A stretch of 50,037 nt of DNA, from assembly GCA_031423995.1 (NCBI GenBank), contig JANPGO010000007.1:1-50037 (forward strand), in the 5' to 3' direction. Both the position numbers and the translations under genes were made by a program. This stretch comes from Candidatus Altimarinota bacterium (lineage in GTDB: Bacteria; Patescibacteriota; Gracilibacteria; BD1-5; UBA2023). The notes beneath the pieces are model-generated. The model made no database searches. It saw nothing but the letters and a program-made list of their open reading frames with translations, and had not been told where the DNA came from. This document shows, piece after piece, positions 1 through 11,200 of this stretch (position 1 is its first letter; every line of letters begins with the position of its first letter).

Positions 1-75
1 TGGCTCCCCGAATTGGATTCGAACCAATGACCTACCGGTTAACAGCCGGTTGCTCTACCGCTGAGCTATCGGGGA
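1..75 (-). tRNA. tRNA-Asn (anticodon GTT), CCA encoded
   Basis: The reverse complement folds as a canonical cloverleaf. Acceptor TCCCCGA/TCGGGGA, D stem GCTC/GAGC, anticodon stem ACCGG/CCGGT with loop CTGTTAA, T stem ATTGG/CCAAT with loop TTCGAAT, discriminator G, then CCA. Total 75 nt. Confidence 0.9.
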
Positions 76-85
76 AAGTATGCTA

Positions 86-110
86 TGGCTCCCCGAATAG
101 GATTCGAACC
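86..110 (-). repeat. 25-nt copy of the tRNA-Asn 3' end (T arm, acceptor and CCA); not a complete tRNA
   Basis: tggctccccgaataggattcgaacc matches positions 1-25 at 24 of 25 nt. Beyond nt 110 the similarity stops. No 5' acceptor strand (TCCCCGA) and no D or anticodon arm can be found. Confidence 0.7.
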
Positions 111-330
111 TCATTTCGAGTGAATCATATTCCAGGAACGCGAGCATATTATGAAAGTCGCCACGATTGTCAAAAAAATTTTTCACTTTTTCCCATTTCT
201 CCCTAAGATATGGATGTTTGGTGGAATGGTAGATACTGGTAGTTTGTTTATAGATATCAACTCCTCCTCTCTACACTGCAGATCATCCATTACCATTCCC
301 TACCATTCCCTACCTACTACCTCTCAATCC

Positions 331-2088
331 TTGAACCACCTCAATATCAACATCGACCACTATGAACGACTTGGAGATATCATTCTCTGACCCATTCATA
401 CCGTTATCAATGCCGATGAGCGAATCGCACTCGTAGGAAAAAATGGAGTGGGAAAAAGTACGCTCCTGAGGATCATGACAGGCAATATAACGGATGCTGT
501 AGGCAGTATCGAAAATGTCGGAAATATGACCATTGGCTACCTCGAACAGATCCACTTCATGGATGAATCACGTACGGTCAGAGATGAGCTCAGAGATGCT
601 TTCTCCACGCTCAGAAAACTCGAGTCCTCCATACGAGAAGAGGAGAAAAAAATGGAAGAAACAGGGGAATATACTGAATATACAGAACTCATCGAGCAAT
701 ATGCACTTCTCGGAGGATATACCTATGAGAATGAGATCGAGCGAGTCGCTCGAGGGATCGGCATATTTTCCCTTCTGGGTCGTACACTCCATGATGTTTC
801 CTGAGGTGAGCGGACCAAGATCGCTCTCGCGAAAACACTCCTCGCAAAACCGGAGTTCCTCTTCCTCGATGAACCGACAAACTTCATCGATCTCGAGAGC
901 GTGAAGTGGCTCGAGAAGTACCTCGAAGAGAGCTGGAAGTGAGGCTATGTCATCGTCTCTCACGATCGTGAATTCCTGGATCGAACCTGCAACAAAGTGA
1001 TCGAGGTACTCGGGGCACAAGGAATAATCATCTATATAGGAGACTATTCATACTCTGTGGAAACGAAGGAACTCGAGCATGCCCGTGCAGTGAAGAAATA
1101 TGAAGAACAGGAAACCTATATTGATACAGAGAAAACTCTTATCAATCGTTTCCGTGCTGGCTCTCGTGCAGGATTCGCCAAGAGTCGAGAACGAGCTCTC
1201 GAAAAAGTAGAACGCATCGAAAAGCCGGTAAGTGAACAAACTATCGAATTCCGATTTGATACGCCGAAAGATCGCGTGAATGAGACAATACTGCGAATTG
1301 AGGATGGATTTGTCGGACGAAAAGAACCGCTCTTCTATATCCGTGAGGCGGTACTCGCCGCTCGTGAGCGAATCTGAATCATCGGTGAAAATGGGGTGGG
1401 AAAAAGCACCTTCCTCAAAACCATACTCTGAAGTCTTTCTGAGTGATCTCTCACTCCAGAGAAAAGCAATGAGACAACAGGAAAAATAAAGCTCCTCGAG
1501 GGAACACTCCATATCGCACCATGAGTGGTAGTCGGATACTACAGTCAGATGCATGAGTCTCTCAATACCACTGAGAGTATTCTCGAGAATTTCCATAGTC
1601 ACGGACTTCCCTACTCTCCAGAACGGATCGGATGAATCCTTCTCAGATATGGCTTCGCGTATCATGACTCGTCCAAGATCGTCTGAAAACTCTCATGAGG
1701 AGAACGTTCACGACTCCTTTTCTCCATGATTGCTGAACGACCATACCATCTCCTCATCCTCGATGAACCCACCAATCACCTCGACTCCGATGCACGAGAA
1801 TCACTCGAACAAGCGCTCTCACTCTATACAGGTACACTCCTCTTCATCTCCCATGATCGATACTTCGTGAACAAGATGGCAGAGAAGCTCTGGATCATCG
1901 AGGACGGCGAACTCATGCTCTCCTATGGCAACTATGATGACTATGAATACAAGCGTGAACATGGGATCTCACTCGATATGTCACTCTTCACCGCGGAGGG
2001 AGAACTCGATCTCGTTCTCGAAGAAAAACTCGGTATCAAAGAAGCGAGGAGAATCAAGGAAAAATATGCGAGAAAGAGGAAATAACTC
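331..2088 (+). CDS. ABC-F family ATPase (two fused ABC cassettes, no membrane domain)
   Basis: One frame is open to TAA at 2086-2088 when TGA is read through. Walker A GKNGVGKST (436-462) and GENGVGKST (1384-1410). Signatures VS-TGA-GE (TGA 802-804) and LS-TGA-GE (TGA 1696-1698). Walker B LFLDEPTN and LILDEPTN. A charged linker separates the cassettes. The start is uncertain: TTG 331 leaves the usual ~30 aa before Walker A, and ATG 151, 214 and 226 are also in frame. Confidence 0.85.
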
Positions 2089-2170
2089 TCATGGAAAAAT
2101 GAGAACTATAATGAAACATTATCCAATTATAGTATATTTGAGAACTGAAATTCCCCATCACATGCTGTTT

Positions 2171-2202
2171 GAAAGAAACCCCTTAATTAAGGGGTTTCTT
2201 TC
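2171..2202. terminator. Bidirectional hairpin between convergent genes
   Basis: Perfect 32-nt palindrome gaaagaaaccccttaattaaggggtttctttc. It lies between the ABC-F stop (2088) and the giant-gene stop (2220). Confidence 0.7.
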
Positions 2203-2219
2203 AGCTAGGAAAAGATCAT

Positions 2220-5200
2220 CTATTGCATCCATTTACATATATAGGTCATAGAGACAGCATTTGATGATGTAGTATTACAAGTGATACTACTTGCGGTACC
2301 ATTCGCTCGACAATAGAGGGCTGTACTTGCTGGTACTGTGAATGCTGCAGAGCCATTACAACTGAGTGCTACCGATGTACTCGCAGGAACTCCTGTACAG
2401 GTCATAACAGCTGGTGTTGCATTACTGACTGTTGTAGCAGCTGTTGTACAAACTCAAGCTGCACTTATCTGAGTACCTGCTGTTCCTAGCTTGAATGTCC
2501 CATTCACTTCGAGCTGAGAGCTTGGAACAGAGGTCCCACCGATATTTACATTTCCTCCGTATGGATTCATATAGAACGATCAAGCGGTGGTTGCATTGGA
2601 CTTCGCTTGCATAGAGTCATTATCGAACATGATATTCGTCGAGGCATACGAACCAAGTCAGAGGTAGGCTCCCGTTGTTGTCAGTGCAGTAATGGTAGGA
2701 AATGTACTCCCTGAGAGTGTCACCATACTCGATGGCTTCGTCGTACCAAAACCTATCATACCACCACCTGAGATTGCCTGAAGCTGAGAGTTGAATCCAG
2801 TATTGATAAAGAAATATTCATTATGATTGGCTGGAACCGTGAGAACTCGTTGCCATGGAGCAGGTGTCTGATACGGAGAATCATTGGTATAGAGTCCTCA
2901 TCCGACCGCACCATTGAATCGTCCACTTCGAGCAAAGAGAGGGGCATCACCTCGTGCACCGAGAGCGAGCTGATATCCATAGGTCGATCCCTTCGCCGTC
3001 ATGGTGAAGGAATTTGCTGGACTCGCAGGAACTCCATAGGTATCATTACCACTACAATTATATGGACTTGTTCCATAGGTTCCATTCCATGAACAGACTC
3101 CTGATGTTCCGTTCTCTCGGAAAAATGGTCCATTATTCGATGTACTCGATCCATCACTCACGACAAATGATTGTGCTGTCGGAATATCGAAGTATTTATT
3201 GTAGTCATAGCTAATCAATCGATTCGCGACATCTGGATCTGGTGTTGGTGGTGAAGATGGATTTCATGCTGTATACACGACGACATCCCCGTTACTTATA
3301 GGAACGACATTTCCTGAAGCATCGACTCCGAGTCCAACACTGGCTCCAGTATAGGTCGTAGAAGTATTACTGAGTCGATTCATACGCAATCCTGAGATAC
3401 CATTGGCTCCACCATCGATATTGAATCGTGCTGTGAGAGCTGCCGACGACCCTGTTCCGATACCGATATTTCCTCCACTTCCATAGATCCAGTTGCCGAT
3501 ATTGAGCTGATTCGATGCTGTATTGCTCGGTACCTGCGCTCCATTCCCGATAGCGATATTGCTCCATCCTGAAGTGATACCACTCCCTGCCATGTACCCG
3601 AGAACAGTATTGTTCGAGGCCGTACTCGTCGCTCCATAGAGCGCATTATGTCCGATGGCAACGTTCCCAGTTCCTGTTCCGAGATTGTAGAGAGATTGTC
3701 CACCGATAGCCACATTATAGTCGGAGCTCGTCGCGACTCGAAGTGCCTGATACCCGATCGCTGTATTCCAGGTTCCATCATTATCATTGTACATGGCTTC
3801 CTTACCGAAGGCTGAGTTATTGAATCCTGAAGTACTCTGGCGGAGTGCCTGATGACCAAATGCTGAGTTGGAATAGCCAGTCGTCATCGTATAGAGTGCC
3901 TCGTTCCCGAATGCAGTATCCGCATTTCCTGTCATACCGATTCTCAGAGCCCCTGCACCCATACCGATATTATTGGTACCACGGAAATTCAGATAGTTCA
4001 CGGACCCTGACCAGATTTCGAAGATACTGGTTGCACCTGTATTTCAGATAGCAACATTCGCACCATTATCATAGAGGAGTGAGTTCATGAGACCATTTCC
4101 ACCTGCACCGAACTTCGTTATATAGTTCGCTGTACCCCCTGTAATTCCTGATGCCGTCGTCGTTCCTGAGAATCCGACTTGCCAGCTCGCAACTCCACTC
4201 GCATCTGAGACAAGGAGTTTTCCGAGCCCCTGGGTTCCATTGATGAGCTGAATCGTACCACCAGACACGGTGAGGAGTTGTCCTGGAGCAGAGGTACCAA
4301 TACCAACATTGGCTCCTGTACCGAGAATGACAGAGTTCGAAACAGAAGCGATAGTATTTGCACCGATAGCAGATGTATTATAGAGTCCATCATAGAGGAT
4401 TCCTGCATTGGTACCAAGTGCTGTATTATTATATCCCGAGAGATTCCCGAGTAGTGTACCACTCCCTATAGCGACATTTCCATATCATGATGTATTGAAT
4501 CCAAGAGCTGTCGACCCGAGTGCAACATTATAATTTCCTGATGTATTCAAGAAGAGTGAGCCGTATCCATTAGCAGTATTATAACTTCCAGTGAGGTTAC
4601 TTTGTAATGCATTGTTTCCATTCGCGGTATTATAGCTTCCTGTAGTATTTCCAACAAGAGTACCTACACCGATAGCAGTATTATTATTTCCTGTAGTATT
4701 CGCGAGCAATGCACCAGCACCTATTGCAGAGTTTAGAAAGCCTGTGGTATTATTTTGCAGATTCGATGCTCCGATAGAGGTATTATAGAATCATGTAGTA
4801 TTCGAAAGGAGCGAACCTGATCACACTGCTATATTAAAATATCCGGTCGTATTCGAGTAGAGCGCACGATATCCGAAAGCAGCATTTCCATTTCCTGTCG
4901 TACTGAATTTGAGTGCCTGATATCCGATGGCAGTTTGATAGTCGACACCTGTGGCGGTATAGAGCGCTTCATACCCCATAGCAACATTTCCTAGACCTAT
5001 CTGATTCTGATTCAGTGATCTCGCTCCGTATGATGTATTATATGAAGCTGTTAGGTTATTATTCTGACTCGTGTATCCAACTGCAGTATTGGCAGCTCCT
5101 GTAGTGATCTGAGTCAATACTCCTCATCCTACTGAGGTATTCTGCGATCATGATGTGAGTGAATTGAGTCCATTGTGTCAGACTGCAGTATTCGCATTTC

Positions 5201-8200
5201 CTGTAGTTATGCTTCCTAGAGTCAGCATACCAATAGCAGTGTTGAATCCAACTGCACCACTTCATCTTCCTATGGTCAATCCGTTGATCACCGCATCCCC
5301 GCCACTGAGGAAGAGGAGCGCCCCTGTCGATGAAGTTGTAGAGAGAATACGGAGTTTCTCAGTATTATTTGTCATCATGATGAGCGGTTGAGCATTGATC
5401 GATCCGATATAGTCATTCGATCCTACCGTGTTTCCTGAGAGAGACCAGTAGGTTCCTGAGAGTGCTGAACTCGTTGATTGCCATGAGCCAATACCCGAAG
5501 CATCTGAGACGAGGAATTTCCCAACTCACTGTGTCCCGTCGATGATCTGGATTGTTCCACCTGAGACGGTGAGTTTCTGTCCTGGAGCAGAGGTTCCGAT
5601 ACCGATATTTCCACCACTTCCGTAGATCCAGTTTCCGATATTGAGCTGATTGGATCCGGTAGATGATGCCACTTGGGCGAAGTATCCGATGGCGATATTC
5701 GATGAACCAGTAGTGATAGAGTATCCTGCAGAATGACCAAGTGCGGTATTGAAGTTTCCCGTGGTATTGGAGATGAGAGAGTACATGCCATTGGCAGTGT
5801 TTTGGTATCCTGTGGTGTTGGAGTAGAGAGCCTGAACGCCATTAGCTGTATTTTGTGCTCCAGTGGTGTTGGAGTAGAGGGCATTGACTCCATCGGAGGT
5901 GTTGTTGACTCCGGTGGTGTTGGAGTAGAGAGCATTCACTCCATTCGCGGTATTCGATGTTCCCGTGCTGTTGGAGAAGAGAGCCCAGACTCCATTCGCG
6001 GTATTGGAGTTTCCCGTGGTGTTGGAGGAGAGAGCATTATGACCATTCGCGGTATTGGAGTTTCCCTTGGTGTTGGAGGAGAGAGCAGAGCGTCCATTGG
6101 CGGTGTTCTGGGCTCCCGTGGTGTTGGAGGAGAGAGCAGAGTTTCCATTCGCGGTATTGGAGAATCCAGTAGTATTCGAGTAGAGTGCCTGGTATCCAAA
6201 TGCTGAATTCGCAACTCCTGTCGTACTGAATTTGAGCGCCTGGTATCCTACAGCAGTCTGAAAGTCGACACCCGTTGATGAATAGAGAGCCTCGGTACCC
6301 AGGGCGACATTTCACGATCCAGTGACATTTGTTCGAAGTGCAGTGTATCCATTTGCGGTATTATTGGATCCTGTGATATTATTAAAAAGGGCATCTCATC
6401 CATTCGCGGTGTTGTAGTCTCCTGTCGTACTGAACCAAAGTGTGTGATATCCATTCGCGGTATTCCAGTTTCCTGCAGTATTAGCAGGGAGCGACCAGGC
6501 TCAATTCGCGGTGTTGTAGTATCATGTAGTATTCGAAAGAAGTGAGTACAAACCATTGGCAGTATTAAAGCCTCCTGTCGTATTGGAAAAGAGTGCTTTA
6601 TATCCGTTCGCGGTATTCCAGTTTCCTGCAGTATTAGAAGAGAGAGCTTGGTAACCCAGAGCGGTATTCGTTGCAAGTTGCCCACTTCCCATACCTACAG
6701 TGATACCATTTATCACCGCATCTCCCCCGTTCATGAAGAAGAGAGCTCCTGTCGATGAAACCGCAGAGAGGATTCGCATCTTCTCTATTCCATTCGTCTT
6801 CATGACGAGATCCTGTCAGTCAGTGGTTCCGAGATAGTTGGTTCCTGCAGTCGTTCCAGCATTTCCTGTCGTACTCCAGTTATTGACCGATGTCGGAACA
6901 ACTTGCCAGGTCGCGAGACCGAGAGCATCGGAGGTGAGGACCTTGTTCACTCATGGAGTTCCACCCTTGATCGTCACTTGACCAGAGAGATAGAGATTGT
7001 TCCATGACTGAGTCGTATTGTTACCGATATCACGGTACGCAAGTGGAGCCGCGAGATCAGGAAGGAGGGATCCTGAGATCGTCACATTGTTCACGGTACG
7101 ATTCACGAAGGTATCCGATATCACCTTCCCCTGTACTGTAATATCACCTGTCACGAGTGCCGAACCAGAGACAGTCAGCTTTTGGCTTGGAGAAGAAGTA
7201 CCAATACCGATATTTCCAGTAGAAAGTGTTGTATTCGCACCATCTACACTGGTACCAAAGATGAGATTTCCGATATTGAGCGTATTGTTGCTCGTCGGCG
7301 TCGGTGTATCGATATCATACCCGAGGACGATGTTATTGTTTCCTGTTGTGATCGACTCAGCTGCCTTGTATCCGAGAAATATATTGTTAGAATAATCCGT
7401 TGCACTAATACCAGCACCAGCAGAGTTTCCGAGAGCAACATTATTCGATCCCGAGCGATTACTCGTAAGTGCTGATACTCAGAGTCAGACGTTATCACTT
7501 CCTGTTGTATTACTCGCCAGACCAGCTATAGATATGTTATTGTTTCCCCATGTATTCTGCTGTAGAGCAGCGGCTCCAAGGGCAACATTATTCGATCATC
7601 AGCGATTTGCCCAGAGAGTGAACCATCCGAGAGTTGTATTCGTCGTACCTGTACCATTCGCTGCATTTGAATTTGGTCACACGATCGTTGATCCTGCTGT
7701 TGCCGATGGGATTCCTGCACCTATCATCAAGCTCGATGAATCTCCACCGAATTTTACCCCGTTCACGAGGATATATCCACCCGTGATCGTGAGTACCTGA
7801 GAGGAGCTCGCGAGCCTCATACGTTCGACTCCATTTGTCTTGAATACTACATCTTGTGCATTATTGCTTCCGATATAGTCATTCACACCGACCGTGTTCC
7901 CTGAGAGAGACCAGTAAGTTCCAGAGAGTGATGCAGTGGTCGACTGCCATGAGGCAACCCCAGCAGCATCTGAGACGAGGAATTTCCCGGCTCACTGAGT
8001 CCCATCGATGATCTGGATGGTACCACCCGAGACGGTAAGTTTTTGCCCGGGAACTGTGGCTCCGATACCGATATTTCCTCCACTTCCATAGATCCAGTTG
8101 CCGATGTTGAGCTGATTGGATAGAGTTGTCGATGGGAGATTCGTATTTGCTCAGAGGGCAATATTGTTTGATCCTGTTGTTATATTGTATGCAGCACCAC

Positions 8201-11200
8201 TTCCGATCGCTGTATTGTTATTTCCTGTCGTATTCGAGTAGAGTGAATTGTATCCAAATGCAGCATTTCCAAATCCTGTAGTACTCTTGTTCAATGCTTG
8301 GTATCCCACTGCCGTTTGATAATCAGAACCAGTCTGTGTATAGAGTGAGTAGCCACCGAGAGCGACATTTCCAGATCACGTCTTATTAGCTAGAAGAGCT
8401 GAGTCTCCCATTGCAGTATTAAATCATCCGGTAGTATTTCGACCAAGTGAGTCAATACCAACAGCGGTATTATTCGATCAGCTCGTATTCGCCAAAAGAG
8501 CCTGCATACCGATTGCGGTATTATACCATCCAGTGGTATTTTGCTGAAGTGCAGTTGCACCATTTGCGGTATTATATCTTCCTGTAGTATTTCCGAGGAG
8601 GGCAGTATCACCAATTGCAGTATTCCAAACTCCTGTCGTATTACGGTTAAGTGTGTAGTAGCCGATTGCGGTATTCTTTCAGAAAGCTGTATCTGTATTT
8701 GATGCGAGTGTCTGGTATCCGATGGCGGTATTATTTACTAATTGTCAGCTTCCTCGTCATACTGTAAAGCCGTTGATCACAGCATCCCCACCACTGAGAT
8801 AGAGAAGAGCTCATGTCGATGAAGTTGCCGAGAGGATTCTTGCTTTCTCCACTCCGTTTGTTTTGAATACCAGATCCTGTCAGTCAGTGGTACCGACGAA
8901 GTTCGTCCCTGCAGACGTCCCACTATTCCCTACGATATTCCATGAGTTTGGAGAAGCAGGAACTATCTGCCAGCTTGCAATACCACTGGCATCTGAGGTG
9001 AGAACTTTATTCACTCACTGAGTCCCGTCGATGATCTGGATCGTTCCTCATGATACAGTGAGTTTCTGTCATGGTACAGTCGCTCAGATACCGATATTCC
9101 CAGCACTTCCATAGATCCAGTTACCGATATTGAGCTGATTCGATGCGGTTCATGAAGGGACTTGAGCATCATATCCGATCGCTATATTACTCGATCCTGT
9201 AGTGATACCAGAGCCAGCTCGGTAACCAATACCGAGGTTCTGAGTACCCGTCGTACTATTTCTGAGTGCCTGGTATCAGATAGCAGTCTGGAAGCTGACA
9301 CCTGTAGCGCTATAGAGAGCTTCATTTCCTACTGCAACATTGCCAGAGCCAATAGTATTGGAGTAGAGGGCAACGAATCCATTCGCAGTATTGTTCGATC
9401 CTATGGTATTGAGTCCAAGTGACCATCAACCATTCGCAGTATTATTCATTCAGTTGGTATTTTGCTGAAGTGCGATCGCTCCGTTCGCAGTATTCCAGTT
9501 TCAGGATGTATTGAATTGAAGCGTACTCGAACCAAGAGCTGTATTAAATGATCCTGTGCTATTCCCTTCGAGTGCAGAGAGTCAGATTGCAGTATTCAAG
9601 TTACCACTCGTATTGAGCCTGAGACTAGAGCCTCATATTGCAGTATTAAATATTCATGTAGTATTGGTACTGAGAGCAATATTCCCAAGAACAGTATTTG
9701 AGGCAGATTGCCCACCTCCCATACCTACAGTCATTCCATTGATCACGGCATCTCCAGCATTCACGAAGAGAAGTGCTCCTGTTGATGAAGTCGCAGAGAG
9801 GAGACGCATCTTCTCAATTCCATTCGTCTTGAAGACGAGAGCCTGGGCATCGGTTGTCCCGACGAAGTGGGTACCAGGACTCGTTCAGGCATTTCCGAGT
9901 ACGAGCCATGCGTTCGAGGCAGCAGATGCAGGTTGCCAACTCGCGACACCATTTGCATCAGAAATGAGGATTTTATTGAGTCATTGACTACCGTCGATGA
10001 TCTGGATCGTACCACCTGAGATCGTGAGCTTTGCTCCAGGAGTCATCGTCCCGATACCGACAGAGCCACTCGCCATACCAGTGGTTCCCATACCAGAACC
10101 ATAGATGACGTTTCCGAGAGAGAACTGATTGTCTTGATTCGTATTCCCGACTGCAGAGCTCCCGAGATAGATGTTATTATTCCCTGTATTCATACCAGTT
10201 CCTGCAGCGGTACCAAGGGCGACATTATAGTTTCATTGCATATTGTAGCCTGCTGATTGTCATCCGATAGCTACATTATTGAATCCGCTCATACTCTGCC
10301 CTGCACCACTTCCACCGAGAGTCGTATTGTAGTATCCATTCGCTCAGATTCCAGCAGAGTAACCTCAGACGAAGGAGTTGTAGGTTCATGAACTACTGAC
10401 TCATACAGCATATCCACCGAGTGCGGTATTTTGTTGTCAATTCATATTCCATCAAGCAAAATATCAACCGAGAGCGAGATTCTGATATCCTTTCATAAAC
10501 ACTCATACTTCATATCCTCAGATTGCAGTATTCAGTGTGCCTGACATCAAGAATCCTGGCCATCATCATCAGATAGCTACATTCTCATATCCATTCATGA
10601 ACCATCATGCATAGGCTCAACCGAATGTTGCGTTATAGTTTCATAACATTTGATAACCTGGACTAAATCATCCTATTCCAGTCTGGTTGGTTCATGTCGT
10701 CTGAAATCATGCACCATTTCACAAGAAGATACTATTCGTAAACGTTCATGTATATGCACCTACTCATGTGATATTTCCATTCGTATTGAATCTCAGCCTC
10801 TCAACTCCATTCGTCTTGAGCACCAAATCATTAGCATTATTCGATCCGATGAAGTCATTGACCCCCACAGTATTTCCTGAGAGTGACCAGTAGGTTCATG
10901 AGAGAGCTGCACTCGTTGATTGCCATGTACCAATACCTGAGGCATCTGAGACGAGGAATTTCCCCGCTCATTGAGTTCCATCGGTGATCTGGAGCGAGCC
11001 CGAGACCGTGAGTTTCGAGGTCGGTGAGGAGGTGCCAATACCGATATTTCCTGTGGAGATGGTGGTATTGGTTCCATTGATACTCGTACCGAAGATGAGG
11101 TTTCCGATATTAAGTGTATTCGAGCTCGTTGGTGTCGGCGTATCGATATCATATCCGAGGACGATGTTATTCGCACCCGTCGTGAGAGCATCTCCTGCCT

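Noticed and set aside
86-165. A second complete tRNA gene next to tRNA-Asn
   Set aside because: Only the T arm, acceptor and CCA are present. There is no matching 5' acceptor strand, D arm or anticodon arm.
291-310. 2 x 10 bp direct repeat taccattccc just before the proposed ABC-F start
   Set aside because: It is too short to separate from chance. It may lie in coding sequence if an upstream ATG is used.
151-390. 79-aa ORF as an independent small gene upstream of the ABC-F gene
   Set aside because: It is in the same frame as the ABC-F gene and is joined to it by one TGA. Its 3' part is the conserved N-terminus preceding Walker A.
2946-2954. RGD tripeptide (GARGDAPL) in the fibre tip region
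   Set aside because: A three-residue match is expected by chance in 3329 aa. There is no evidence for a eukaryotic integrin target.
5736-6160. Regular 51-bp periodicity that could be mistaken for a CRISPR or satellite array
   Set aside because: There is no repeat-spacer structure. The period is a multiple of 3 and lies in frame inside the giant CDS.
5423-6685. Several long ORFs in other frames or on the opposite strand of the repeat region (5423-5935, 5733-6206, 5936-6214, 6037-6315, 6248-6685; similarly 7883-8161, 8390-8614, 10793-11263)
   Set aside because: They are off-frame or antisense readings of the periodic repeat DNA, giving Pro/Thr/Arg-rich nonsense. Only the frame carrying the NTANG/neck motifs is continuous over the whole 10 kb.
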